Positions 41,775 to 55,498 of a DNA stretch of 64,000 bases are shown piece after piece (the first letter of the stretch is position 1; each line of letters opens with the position of its first letter). The position numbers and the translations under genes are program-made. Where the stretch lies: assembly GCA_951406725.2 (NCBI GenBank), contig OX597826.1, positions 17,174,001 to 17,238,000 on the forward strand, read 5' to 3'. Below the pieces are notes generated by a model, which was given only the letters and a program-made list of their open reading frames with translations, did no database searches and was not told the origin of the DNA. The stretch is from Octopus vulgaris (taxonomy: Eukaryota).

Positions 41775-43882
41775 GTTACGCTCCAGTATCAAATGGAATG
41801 TTTTCTACAGTTGAGTGTTACGGACTTTTGAGAGTATGGCGAGGCCCAGAATCGAAGTGTTACACGTCTGATAACTAGGCACAGTCTACACTTGAGTCAG
41901 ACGACATGCTCTCGTTGCCGACCAATCAGCTTGCAAAAATATCAATCTATATCAGAGAATGTTCTACAACGTCTCCGCGCTTTTGTAGTTATGTACTTAC
42001 TACGCGGGTAAACAAATCAGTGAGCGACGCACTTCAAAAGCACAAGCAAGAAGCCCCTATTTCGATAAGGTTTCCTTGACTGAAGTTCAACCCCGATTAA
42101 AAAGGAATTCCTCACGTAGGAAGGACAATAATAATTCCCGCCTCTCACGCAAAACTAATCCTTTTTGTTAGAAGTTTAATTACAACTACGTTCGTTTCTC
42201 GCACAATAAATTATACTACTTGCAAACTGTGATGTGAGTATTGTAATTTACTTCCATATAATAAACATTATGTCAACAATGTTCGTAATTGGCTTATTAG
42301 GGAACTACAGACAGTTAATCTTAATATCATCCAACAGATACGCATTAACCGACGGGAAAAAATGTTTTCATTCCTGGTCGAAGAAAATGTATTGCATTTT
42401 CACTACTTCCCTCTTTGTGGATGGCATCCATGTTACAAATTTCAAATTCCCTTATCTATTTTTGCAATAAAAAGAGATATTCATACAAAGGTAATTCATA
42501 GAAGCTGAAATAACCGCCTTCACAGCATGACATTATTTCAAATAGGATTAATTCGCTAATGTTTTTAGAAGGGCAAGTGTGCCATAAAATCTCATCTTTT
42601 TTCACTTAACCATGTAACACCTTATTTTGTATGAGAAATCAATATCCTCCAATACTCTTGTTAGATATTAACCAAAATAGTACTTTATGTTAAAGTGAAT
42701 TCGAAATTACATAATTCTTCCGTAGCTTTGTGCTACTATTAACACGAGAAAGCTACTGCAGCACAGTATATATATATATATATATATATATATGCATTAT
42801 GTGTACATGCATGTATATCTGCGTATGTGAGATAAAAAGTTTCTACCAAAGCCTACACCGTATAGAGAAGAGATTGATGCCGTAACTTGGAAGGCACAAA
42901 TCCTTTGAGAGAACAAAAATAAAGTCGATGGTTACATACAAATGTTATTGCATGAAAAAATATCTCATGCAACATGAGATTTCTCTTTTTTATGATTATG
43001 TACATCCTAGAATATATTAATACTGCTTATTTCGATGGGTTTTGTGGTATTTTACTTCATTCTTCTATTTTCGGCTTCGCTTTGTTACAAACGATGGAAG
43101 CTTTAGAGGATACTTTTGAATCCTCAACCTCTCAAAAAGAGTTGAGAATATATTTTTGGAATGGTCAAAAGAATAAGGATTTCTAAAGTCTTGTATTTAT
43201 TATGAGAGGAATGATTTACAAAACGTAAAGTTTGTGTCAATGTTTCGATTTGATTACTTCACCAACGAAAAATTGTGAAACTGACTGAAAAGCTGCTGTC
43301 AAACCTGGTTGTCACCTACTTGCAGAATCAGAGAAAAGCATGTGTCAACTGTCAAAAGGAATTGAATAAATAAAAATATCCCACGCCAGTAACATGGAAA
43401 CAACTGCAACAAAATTAAAAGTATTTCCTAAGCATGAAGCTGAAAATTTCCAAGACAAACAGATATGTAAATCAACACTGTCTATAGCGAACTTAGAAGA
43501 ATGGAGGAGAAATATATTTGTTACTTGTCAGAATAAAATTTCTGATTCCTCTGAGAGCTCTGGTCAAGAAGTATCTAAATATTTATTCCGCCTTAACATT
43601 GCTAGTTATTTCGTTGTAGTTTAGTCTTTCTAAATGATAACTACAAAAACGTAAGTGTATTATTTATTATCTTGACTACTGAGTTAGCAGAATTGATATA
43701 TCACAACACTAGATGAGAAAGAAATTCATTAAAAACAGCATAACAAACTTCCAAAAGAACGCTTCCATTTTTTAAAATATTTTTTGTGGTTTACAAGAAT
43801 ATTTTTGATAAAGTAGCAAAACACATTTCTCAAATGTTTTCATACACATACATATACACAGACACACGCACATTTACATATA

Positions 43883-43952
<70 letters not shown>

Positions 43953-44185
43953 TATATCTATGTCTGTATCTATGCCTAGGTATATATTATGCGGGCTAAT
44001 TGCAATACCAAATATCGAGACAGATACTAACTTTTAAGTTATCATCATAAAATATTACGGCCATTAGATGTCTCGATTTCTAGTCGATGGATGAACAGGT
44101 TTAAGGAAAAGTTAATAACCATTATACAACAGGAGATTTATCTGAATCCCTACCGTTGCTATGCATAAACTGCATAGGTATTCGT

Positions 44186-44247
<62 letters not shown>

Positions 44248-44289
44248 CTAGGGTGTCGGGAAAATGCTTTGTGATATTTCTTCTGACTC

Positions 44290-44450
44290 ATTGCGTTCTA
44301 GCTTCAAATTCTGCACAAGTCAACTTTGCCTTTTATCCTTTCAGGGTCCTCAAAATCAGTATTAGTCAAATATTGGAGTTCGTCGTAATAAACCTCTCCT
44401 TCCCTAAACCTGCTAGACTTGTGCCAGAATTTGAGACAGAATTAATATTA
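44290..44450 (+). mobile_element. Degenerate SINE family C copy
   Basis: ttcaaattctgc..aagtcaactttgccttttatcctttcagggtc...ttgtgccagaatttga. Confidence 0.7.
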
Positions 44451-44609
44451 GCCCCAATATAATCGACTAGTAGCAGTAGGAACCCAAATACTAAAATGAG
44501 TGAGATTATTAACGAAAGGATACATACATCTCTACATATATATACATGCGTACGTGAATATATAAATACATATACTACTTCAGTGAAACATTTGGGAATA
44601 TATACATGA

Positions 44610-44658
<49 letters not shown>

Positions 44659-44880
44659 CACACACACACATATATATATATATACATACACACACACGCA
44701 TATATATATGACCGGAAGTGGTCATATGTATATTCTTTATGTTCGTTTACGGGAAGCCTTCTTTGAGTATGGATACAAAACCTCTTACTTTAATATGTCG
44801 GCTACAGCCTGATGATACTACCAAGCAATACCAGTTTCATAGAGTTGTATCAAGCTGTGCCGACATAATGGAAGATAAAT

Positions 44881-44942
<62 letters not shown>

Positions 44943-44955
44943 TCATGGATGAAAT

Positions 44956-45264
44956 AAATATTCTAATGCATCGCTACGTACGTTTCCACATATCACGTAT
45001 TTTTTACGATCATCGTCCGTATTCTCAGGATGATTACAATACAGTCAGTACAGTAGTATTTATGGACATTGGGTGGATCCTATTCATGTGTTCATTTCCT
45101 CATGCTTCCAATGTTCATGCCATATTACCTGAGGAAATGAACACATGAATATGATCCACCCGATATTCATGGCTACTACGGACTGTACTGTAATCGTCCC
45201 AGGAGTATGGTCGTAAGAAAAATGTGATGAGTGGAAACTCACGTAACGATGCATTAAGATATTT
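44956..45264. repeat. Diverged long palindrome (~140-bp arms, ~27-nt loop)
   Basis: 44956-45102 is an imperfect reverse complement of 45130-45264; the inner tattcatgtgttcatttcctca/tgaggaaatgaacacatgaata pair is perfect. Confidence 0.85.
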
Positions 45265-45284
45265 ATAAATCCTATCCATGAACT

Positions 45285-45588
45285 ATTATTACTCCACAGA
45301 ACGTACTACCTGGAGGGGTATGGTCAAAACTGGTACGCAGCATTTTGAGGTTGAGGGGACTAGACTTTGCGAAGAAAAACAGAGACAGCTCAAGGAATGT
45401 CAGCAAAATCCTAGACGAGCTCATCTTCGTCGGAGCCCTCTTCGCTGCTCTCAGTGTAATCGGACTTGTGCCTCCAGAATCGGCCTTTTCAGCCATGAGA
45501 GGGCCTGCCAACGCCATCAAGCCAACCCCTAAGGATCAAAGACGACGTCGTCATCTGTCAAGATGGACTGCCTTAAGCAAGGAAGCAT
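45285..45588 (+). mobile_element. RTE/BovB-like LINE 3' end with C-terminal C2H2 finger
   Basis: ERTTWRGMVKTG...FE...CSQCNRTCASRIGLFSHERAC, then a short 3' UTR (gtcatctgtcaagatggactgcc). Confidence 0.85.
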
Positions 45589-45597
45589 ATATGTATG

Positions 45598-45664
<67 letters not shown>

Positions 45665-45665
45665 T

Positions 45666-45910
45666 ATATCCCAAGGAGTCTGAGGAACTTGCCCAAAGTA
45701 GATGTAGGGGTTTTTAAATCAAAGCTGGACATCTTCTTGTCGAGAGTCCCAGATTAACCTACCTCACGGCAAGAGGTGCAAATGAGGGAAGCTATATCAG
45801 ACTCCATTCTTCACCAAGTGCCACATATTAGAGGAGGCTCTTAGTAATAACAGTGTAGCAAAACGGCGGTGCATCAGCATGGCCACAGCTCTGAGCTGAA
45901 ACTAGAGAAT
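45666..45910 (+). mobile_element. CR1/L2-like LINE 3' end
   Basis: IPRSLRNLPKVDVGVFKSKLDIFLSRVPD*PT...A.SDSILHQ, then tail ggcggtgcatcagcatggccacagctctgagctgaaactaga. Confidence 0.8.
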
Positions 45911-45929
45911 ATATATAGATATATATATA

Positions 45930-46740
45930 CTGTATTTTTTATTGTATTTAAATTTGTCTAACATTGTCCGTTTTTCCGTCCTTGATTTTTATACATTCAT
46001 GCTTTCTTCCAAGGAATCTAATACTATTTGCTTAGATTTTCCTTAGGGCTGGCCAGATTGGAGCAATCTTTGTTCTTTGTTCTTTCGTTCCCCCTCTCTC
46101 ACATTTCTTTGCCTTCTCTTCTTACTGAATTTCCCTCCAATATTCACTTCACTGTGTCTCTGTCATTTTTCTCGCCCCTCCTTAATTCTTCTGTCCCTCT
46201 GCTTCTACTTCTCTCTCTTCTCTTCCCATGTGACCGCCTCGGCCAAGCCTGTTCTTTCCTTCTTGGTCTGACCGTTGCCCGAGCAACATCGATATTCTTC
46301 GCTGTGTTTGTGAAATAATTTTATCTCTGCCGTAAGGCTTCATTTCCAAACACGCCAGCTTAATTCAGTTCGTCCTTAGTCAAAAGACACCTGGTGCTAT
46401 ATCCTGTTATTATTTTTATTGTATTTTATTGCATTTTTATTTGTGTAACATCGTCCGTTATTTCCATCCTTGTTTCTGTATACATTCGCTGCTTTCTTCC
46501 AGGGAATCTAATGCTCTTAGCTTAGATTTTCCTTGGGGATGACCAGATTGGAACAATCTCAAGAATAATCAGCTGAAATTGTGAGGATAATCTGGTGCTT
46601 GTCTGAGGGAAGAAAACTTCGAATGGCTCGTCCTTGTTTTCTTTGTGTCGTCTATCTGGATATTTTGTTTCCCTTTTTGTATCACCTAGCTGTCTGGATG
46701 TTCTGCGTTCTTGTCCCAGTTTGTATTTTATATATATATG
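45930..46740 (+). repeat. Partial tandem repeat (~490-bp period) between TA-rich tracts
   Basis: About 45930-46070 and 46415-46560 are diverged direct repeats (gctttcttcca.ggaatctaat...gcttagattttcctt.ggg.tg.ccagattgga.caatct). Confidence 0.75.
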
Positions 46741-47181
46741 AAGAACAGCATTTCTTTTAAAACACAACTAAGTTCTAATTTAACAAATTTAATTAAAGAT
46801 CTTTTGTTTTTCATATCTAAGTGCGATACACTTATAGTATGTTTACAACCTTAAGTTCCTAAATTCCTTTTCGTCTACGCTTACAGTCTAGCTCAGCCTC
46901 ATTTTCATGTAAACATATTTTCTATTGAAAGCACGTCTTTGTTAAACATAATACAGAAATATATAGCAATATGTTAAGAGTATATTGAAAAGGTCGGAAA
47001 GCGAAACTTGTGTATCAGAGTTCTAAAATTCACCTGAGATCGATATATTTTACTTTACTTTGACAGCCACTTTCTTTTGAATTCTTTTTCAAAATTGAAA
47101 CGATGTACACACACAGAAACGCGCACGCACACACGCAAAGAAACATACATACATACATACATACATACATACATACATACA

Positions 47182-47219
47182 TACATGGACTGTGTTTACG
47201 GCGGAACACAGTCCATGTA
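47182..47219. repeat. Perfect 15-bp-stem hairpin at the end of (TACA)n
   Basis: tacatggactgtgtt-tacggcgg-aacacagtccatgta. Confidence 0.9.
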
Positions 47220-47869
47220 ATCGATGAGACTTTTGTAACCCTGTGCTTATGAGTTCAGTTTCGCGTCTTATCTAAATAATTTCATGGCTACATTGTCAGA
47301 ATACTCGGTCTTATCACAATGCGCTGGGGATATAAATTTAGTGTGAAATACTTTTATACTGTTAACTGTATATAAAATCTATGAAACTGTAATAGTTACA
47401 ACCAGTACGTGTGTTCTAAACGACGAGACTGATCCCAACATCGTGTAATAGTAGATATTTTGATATCGTCGCCTACATGTATTGCGATATAAAATTGACT
47501 GAAATAGCATTTATTTTATTTTATATCATTTGGTTTATTTCATTTTTGGAACGAAATGTTTTTACCAAATATGTAAGGGAAATTAAGATAAAAACTGCCG
47601 AAACTAGACTAATATAAGCTGATAATAGCTACTGTTCTTTCAACCATTCGCTCTGCTACAAATCAAACTTACATTTGTAATATTGCTGGAAGGAGATGAA
47701 TGCAAATCACATCCGTTTTTGTGTGCAATGAGAAAAACGGCCGATTTAGTAGCATGCCCATTGTTGCTATACGTTATTTTAAGAAATCTCGATCATTCAG
47801 TACTTACTGTGTAACGTTGAGATGATAATGGTATATTAGCTAGCATTTTATGTGTATTTACGTTAAGTA

Positions 47870-48082
47870 AAAGGCAGCGAGCTGGCAGAAACGTTAACGT
47901 ATCGGAGAAAAAACTTAGCGGCATTTCATCCGTCTTACGTTCTAAGTTCAACTTCCGCCAAAGTTGACTTTGCCTTTCAGCCTTTTGGAGATCGTAAAAT
48001 AAGTACCAGCCGAAGACTGGGCTCGATGTAATCGACTTGTTACCTCTACCAAAATTTCAGGACTAATGCCTATAGTAGAAAG
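47870..48082 (+). mobile_element. Near full-length SINE family C
   Basis: aaggcagcgagctggcagaaacgtt...gttcaacttccgccaaagttgactttgcctttc...tgcctatagtagaaa. Confidence 0.85.
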
Positions 48083-48329
48083 CATGTTTGCCTTAAGTTA
48101 GGTTAAGTTTGTATGATATAAACATCTTGTTAAAGCACCCAAGGTGATATAGATAGATAGACAGATAGATGGATAGAGAGAGAGAGAAAGAGAGGAAGAT
48201 GCATGTATGTGTTGACTGACTGAGAGACGGCTAGATACGTGGAGACATAGCGCAGTTATGACTTTATGTACATACAATTACATTTATAAGCCTATAAGTG
48301 TACATACATATATACACACATACACAGAT

Positions 48330-48780
48330 ACATGGTGTTCGGACAAAATTTGATTTTAATGTCTCCTTTTTTCTCTCAGTTGCAGCTTCATGTATCAATG
48401 AGCAGTCAACGGCGTGCGAGAGCATAAAGGGTAAAGCTATAGTCGAGAAAAACTTAGCCTGCCTGGAGACTGGAAGCGACCATAATATTGTAAAAGAGTG
48501 ATTGTGAAGTTGTAATCACGAGGAAGCGAAACAGCAGGCGTCCTGAGTGCAACGGCACGACGGAGTCCATCCCCAAATCTTTGACCAAGGAATTAGGCTC
48601 TATTCAGACGGTTATGTGAAGATGTTGATGACTATCGTCTATCCCTGGCTAGAGAGGGTTACAGGTAGTAGACCGTTAATGTGGGGCAGCGGGATTCGCG
48701 GCTCCTTGCCAATCCTCCAGAGTCAGAAGTAATTGTTGAAGTATTTCTACGACTTCACCAGTACGACTTGACACAACATC
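48330..48780 (+). mobile_element. Internally deleted maT/DD37D-like transposon remnant
   Basis: PQIFDQGIRLYSDGYVKML.TIV.PWLERV...RP..W, then a QRDS.APCH-like segment and SQK*L..YFYDFTS. Confidence 0.7.
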
Positions 48781-49580
48781 GGTTGGCAGACTGATGCTGA
48801 GGGTCGCATCAAGTGGCTTCTAGCGGCGGAAGCCTCGAATACAACGGGCTTGTCCCACAGAGAACGTTTCCGATTACATTTTGGTATTTCCTTTTATACA
48901 TATATGTGAAGGTTAAACTTCTTTACTCAGCTATTCATTATTTCCCTTAGACAAATGTAGCTGATACCGACCACAACAATTATACACACAGGCGTATACA
49001 TCCGTATATACACATGTATACGCACACGCATGCATGCATACATGCATCCATGCCTACACGTATAGATTCACACCTTCCTATCTGTATACATACTCATATA
49101 CTTAAATGCTTTCATATACTCATAAAAGTTATGTAGGTTATATTGGTCAGCCGCTTGTGATTGTTTCCTTCAAATTTTGTGAGTGGTGGAGAGAGAGAGA
49201 ATATACAGAAAAGCGGTTTGTGATCTGCAGTTTCTTTACTCAGAATCTGTAATTATTTCTAGCAATAATTGATGCGTTCGGTTAAGTTATGTAATTTCTA
49301 AGTGAGAATTTCGAAAACAGGACTTTCAGGCAGTGTGTCACAAAATAACACGCCGTTTGTAAATACACTCATAAACGAAACTGCGAAACTATTCGAGACA
49401 TTTCTAGAATTCTACATGTTATAAATGAATTTTGCAATCCAAATTCCATTTGAATTTGCTTTCTTGTAAAAGTGCGCATTCAATAAATCTGCAATATATT
49501 AAACAAATTATGAATTACTCAAATCTGTATGTAATGCATGTATGTATATATTTATGTATATATGTATGCATGTATGTATG

Positions 49581-49614
<34 letters not shown>

Positions 49615-50492
49615 TGTATGTATGTATGTATGTATGTATGTGTGTGTGTATGTATGTATGATGGTATATATATGCATGTATGCATATGAGGTGTGTGAAT
49701 ATATATGTGTATATGTATGTTTGTTAAATAAACATGTATAAACATTAGAGGGAATCGGTCGACGTGTTACAGAAATTTACGTCAAGATATGTAGGAAATT
49801 GATAGTAGAACGAGAAGAGTCATTGATTCAACATTGGCTCGTCAGAAATCTCCAAGAATGTAAGATTTCAGCTAAATAGCCATTACAGTTTCCTGAGCAG
49901 ACGATTGGTTCCTGTTGCTGATTATTTCGGTTGTCTCGCCCTTCACAATCTATTATCTTGCAAGATATCTTTCTTAATGTTGCACATAATTTTAACTAAC
50001 ACACAATTGAAAGAAATGATGTGATACTTTTTGTTTTTGTCTTGTAGTTGTTCTTGGAAGATATTTTATTAGTCGCTTTCATCCACTTTTGCCATTTGAG
50101 ATCTTTTTTGTTACTGTTTTTTCTTTGTATGGGATTATGAGAAAAGTAAGACAGCATGTGTTACATATTTAGCGGACACATTGCTCAATACGTATACGTC
50201 AGTGCGTTATTTCTTCTTCCTAATACGTAGATAATCATAGTAGGTGAACTCTAAAAATAACTGAGCTCAATTTTCGATGCTTACTTGCATAAAATTATTT
50301 TGGTTTTGTCACTGAACTCCAAGGTAAGCACAAAAAGCAGAATCCCATTCCCTATGTTTAAAACCTGTTTGATAAGATATTGGATAACCAATTGCGATAA
50401 CGACAGATGCAACACTTTAAGAATATGCCAACGTGTGCACTGCAACAATACTAAGCTTTCCCGTCCAAATAATTCCAATTAAGTACTATTTA

Positions 50493-51748
50493 CGAGGGCT
50501 GTATGAAAAGTTTTGAGCCTAACCTAGAAACGGGGCTGCTAGATAACTGAAACAATTTTTCTGGTAACTACCGTCTTTTCAGAGTATTCTTGCCCATTTT
50601 CATGATTCTAATATTTTAATTTTTTGTCGTAGATTTTTTAATAGAAAAAGATCCAGGTTACAGGGAAAATGGAGAAAACTGAGTATCGTGCTGTCATAAA
50701 GTACCTTCATTTGAAAGGCTTGACTCCAGAAATAAATGAAGATATGGTTCGAACCTCAACAGACAATGCTCCTTCATATGCAACAGTCAAACTCTGGGTA
50801 AATGAATTCCAGCGAGGCAGGGAGAGTGTGGAAAATGATGCCATACCAGGAGACCTCCAACTGCAACCGCCAAGGGCAACCCTGACCTTGCTCTTGGTAT
50901 GATGATGCAAGATCGCCGAATATCAAGTCGTCTGATAGCCGAGAGACTGGGCATCTCAAATGAAAGAGCAGATAACATTGTGACAAAAGAACTTGGGTTC
51001 TCAAAGGTTTCCGCTAGATGGGTCCTTCGCCTTTGACCTTCGCCAGGTGCACTTTGTTCACGAGCAATCTGGAACTGTTTGAAGCCGATGAAAGGAATTT
51101 TCTTGCTTGTTTCATTACTATGGACGAAAGAAGGGTTCATTACTACCAACCTGCAACCGAAGAATAATCAAAGGAACGGAAGCACACATCTTCTCCTACC
51201 CCAAAGAAGGCCAGGGTAATTCCTTCAGCTGGCATGGTCATGGCGTCCGCTGTTTGAGATTCTCAAAGTGTCTTGCTGATCGACTACCTTGAAAATGGTC
51301 ACACCGAGACAGGGCTGAAACGCCTCCGAGAAGCAATCAAACAAAAAAGGCCGGGAATGCTCACCAGAGGAGTCCTTTTTATCATGGCATTGCTCCAGCC
51401 CACACCTCAGTGGCTGTCATGGAAACAATTCGTGATTTTGTATATGAACTTGCTCCCCATCTGCCTTATTCGCCAGACTTAGCCCCTTCTGACTTTCATC
51501 TATTCCCCCAAATGAAAGAAGCCCTGGCTGGTAGCTATTTTGCCAGTGACATTGACATCCTAAACGCTGTATGAAGTTTCTTGGAATCTCAAACAAAAGA
51601 GTTCTTCTACGCCGGGATAATGGCGCCTCAGCACCGCTGGAGAAAGTGTTCACCCATCGAGGGGGACAATGTTGAAAAACAAATCATCAGAAGTTGTGTA
51701 CCATGTTTTTTTTTTTTTTGAGGCTCAACACTTTTCATACACCCCTCG
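50493..51748 (+). mobile_element. Full-length but inactivated mariner element (irritans-like) with TA TSD
   Basis: TIRs cgagggctgtatgaaaagttttgagcct and aggctcaacacttttcatacacccctcg, flanked by TA. MEKTEYRAVIKYLHLKG, ARWVLR and YSPDLAPSDF motifs are split by frameshifts. Confidence 0.95.
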
Positions 51749-52709
51749 TAATATAATTTACGTTGTAAAAATCATCAACGATTCGGAAATTTTGCTTTCT
51801 GTTTTTAACTTGAGATATTCGATGCAACACTAAAATCAAGCATAGAAAATAATATTAATGATAACTTCCACAGTAGTAAGACAAGGGATTTTATCTTAAC
51901 AATACTATATGGAAAATATCCACTTGAGAATTTGAACTCAGAACGTACAAGTCTAAATAATGAGAAATAGTCGATTACTCTGTAACAAAGATATTCTCAA
52001 ATTCAAGTTCTGGTTAGAATAGCTGCAAATTAGAGGACTACAGCAAAGTCTCCTCGGGATTAGATGCAAAGAATGAAAGCTATCGCTTTCATAGGCTCAG
52101 AAGTGTTTCTGTTAACTACATTTCCATCACATTGTTTTCAGAAACATAGCAGACATCTCCTTTACCTCAAGCTTTACATGTGCAGCTATCTTCAACGAAC
52201 CTGTTTTGGTTCTAACACCATATTTTATCAATTACAGCTTTACATAAGTTGCCAGGGAGATTAAAATAAATATGTTTTCAAAAGCGTCCTGTATCCTCCA
52301 TTATTACTGAAATTGCACCATGGCAACGAGAAAATAGGTGATTGTTTTGTTTAAGATAAGTTACATGACAGACCATTACGTGGCAATTGGTAAGTGAGTA
52401 AATGCGTATATACACACCATACACAGATACAAACACACACATATGTATATACATATATACTCGCGTAAATATGCATAAATGTATATATACACACATATCA
52501 TATGTATAAATCATCTGTGCGTGCGTAAGTATATGCGTGCGTAAGTATATGCGTGCGTGAGTGTGTGTATGTGTGTGTGTGTGTATGTGTGTATGTGCGC
52601 ACGCGTACCAAGACAACGTAACTTCAGTTGGCAGCATTAGGCTGCAGCGGGCATAATAGTATATTCATATGCATATTCAAAACGTTTCCGAACTATACAT
52701 ATATATATA

Positions 52710-52915
52710 TGTAGTAAATCCCCCCAAAAAGACGAAGAACAAACACAAAAAAACAATAAGGCAAGGGCGTGGTACATGTAAAGTATTAGCAGGTGCTCAG
52801 AGAAGCAAAGAAAGGTGGTTTAACGTTTCGAGCAGACGCTCTTCTTGAGTCCAATATTAAAGGAAGACGTTGAAAGAAAATCGCCAGCAATTTGCATGTG
52901 GTTACATTTTGAAAT
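52710..52915 (-). repeat. (TA)n-flanked repeat with truncated HHR (52817-52849)
   Basis: Minus strand cucAAGA-A-GAGC(gucu)GCUC-GAAAC-GUU-aaacc. The core G5 is altered and stem I is lost. Confidence 0.5.
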
Positions 52916-52960
52916 ATATATATATACATATATATATATATATCGGATATATATATATAT

Positions 52961-53003
<43 letters not shown>

Positions 53004-53156
53004 ATAATTGAAAAATAGGATAAAATCTTTATAATAAATTATCAAGTAGTTATCGTGGAAAACCTCATAAGGAAAAAACCCATCAATTATTCCTCTTAAA
53101 TATATTTATTTATATTAAGGGCATTACTATACATAAATGCATTTATGTATTAATGC

Positions 53157-53224
<68 letters not shown>

Positions 53225-53589
53225 AAGCATATATATATATTATTTATATTATTAATTGATTGAACGCCACGAATTTCTTTCCAAGTAAATTTATTTTTAT
53301 CTTTTTGATGCAACTCAACTCTATACTGTTTTCTCCCACATCGTTTTCTCTCTATCTCTCTCTCCTCTCTTTCTCCTTTTCTCTCTGTCTCTCTCTTATG
53401 CCCTCTTTATATATATATATATACATATTATGTATATATATATATGGATATATACATATGTACATACATATTTATATAAATATATGTGTGTGTGTGTGCG
53501 TGTGTGTGTGTGTATAAAGTATTGAGGATGTAACTTCCTTCTAAGGAACTGTCTATATATATTGACAGTTAAAAGTTATGGCTTAACTT

Positions 53590-53865
53590 TTATGGATTTG
53601 GTGGACGGAAACTGAAAGAACTTCATCATATACAGACAGACAGACAGACAGATTGATTGATAGATAGATGTTTGTGTGCGTGCGTTTGTCCCCTACTATC
53701 GCTTGGCAATCGATGTTGGTGTCCTTACGTCCCCACAACCTGGCGGTTCGGCAACATTTATCGATAGAATAAGTACTAGGCTTACAAAGAATAAGTCCTC
53801 GAGTCGATCGATTTTGTCCAGCATAGGCGCTGTCAAACGGCTGAAACAAGTAAAAGAATGAAATA
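53590..53865 (+). mobile_element. 5'-truncated SINE family A
   Basis: tggatttggtggacggaaactgaaagaa...ctgaaacaagtaaaagaat. Confidence 0.85.
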
Positions 53866-53896
53866 ATACACACACACACACACACACACACATATA

Positions 53897-53955
<59 letters not shown>

Positions 53956-54254
53956 ATGAAATTCATGTATTTACGTCTTTGTTGTTTTTCCTTTTACTTC
54001 TTTTTGCATTCGTCTGTTTTGGATTTTATTTACCGTGACAGATAAGATATTTTCTCACTGACATTTTTCGTATATTCAATCTGGGAAACATTTCATTGTA
54101 ATAACTTGCTTCATCAGAGAAATATCCAATGAGAAAAATATAGAGTGTTAAGAAAGAGGAATGCTGTAGCTTGGATAATAACACGAAGCGCATGCAGTCA
54201 CGTGTGCGTGTGTGTATGTCGACAGATAGACAGAGACATACACACATTCATGTT

Positions 54255-54375
54255 TACATTCATACATGCATACATACATACATACTTACATACATACATA
54301 CGTACATACATACATACATACATACGTATGTACATACGTACATATATACATACATACACATACATACATACACAC

Positions 54376-54408
<33 letters not shown>

Positions 54409-54490
54409 CATACATACATACATGCATACATACATGCATACATACATACATACATACATACATACATACATACATACATACATACATACA

Positions 54491-54520
<30 letters not shown>
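54255..54520. repeat. (TACA)n microsatellite (others at 49535-49660 and 62330-62640)
   Basis: Direct inspection. Confidence 0.97.
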
Positions 54521-54521
<1 letters not shown>

Positions 54522-54975
54522 CTTGTATGTGGTAGTGATCGGAACAAAATGTACTCAAAACCATTTGTACAATATAGATAATTTTATTTAGTGAGTTCAA
54601 ACCAAGTGGCTGATGCTAAAAGATTCCCACATACTACCTGTGCCAAAACGACAGGCAGATATTTTGGTCTGAAACCAATAACATACAACACAGATGTAGC
54701 AAGATGGCGAAAAGAACATACATTTCTGATTCCTCAGCTGAGATTTCACATGGCCGTAACGCTACTTTATCAGGAAACCGAAAGATTTCACATAAATATA
54801 GGGCATAGCAAATATCTTTGAAGAAAGATGGTCATCAAAGAGAAGTAATTACATTTAAACACATCAATAGGAAGGCGCTAAATGTTGGAATTTAAATAGG
54901 TGCACACGTTTACGAAAGTAACACAATTAATATACACATTTGATACATAGCGTCACTACTAACACACATGGGTGT

Positions 54976-55022
<47 letters not shown>

Positions 55023-55319
55023 TGCGTATTCTTGGAATTGGTTCATTTACCTTCTGTAGAGGAGAGAAAGATATAGTAGACATTACTCGGTCTTTTATGA
55101 ATCCAAGTCGCCCATTTAGTACATACGAACATAAAATGTGTAAAACCAAACCTATGTGAAATACACTGGACTATTACTGTATTCCAAATACAAGGTAACA
55201 CTGAATATTAACGCCTATATTAGTAGAGTAATTTTATAACAATTAGTAGAGTACTTTTATAACAAAGGGAATACGTTCAACAAATAGATTGAAATAGTAA
55301 TTGTTGGCATGGACAAACT

Positions 55320-55498
55320 AAAATACTTCAGATTTCGTCCGTTTTTACGTTCTGAGTTCAAATTCCACCGAGGTCGACTTTGCCCTTCATCCTTTCGGGG
55401 TCATTGAAATAAGTGTATAAAATAAACACTGGAGTAGATTACGTCAACCCCTTCCCCAAAGTTGTTAGGTGTTGTGGCAATAGCAGAAAAGATTATTA
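55320..55498 (+). mobile_element. SINE family C copy
   Basis: ttacgttctgagttcaaattccaccgaggtcgactttgcccttcatcctttcggggtc. Confidence 0.85.

Noticed and set aside
50669-51680. Active or domesticated mariner transposase
   Set aside because: Multiple frameshifts and stops.
55051-55151. Possible minus-strand exon (G)LVLHILCSYVLNGRLG...
   Set aside because: Splice sites are plausible, but there is no homology evidence; such matches are expected by chance.
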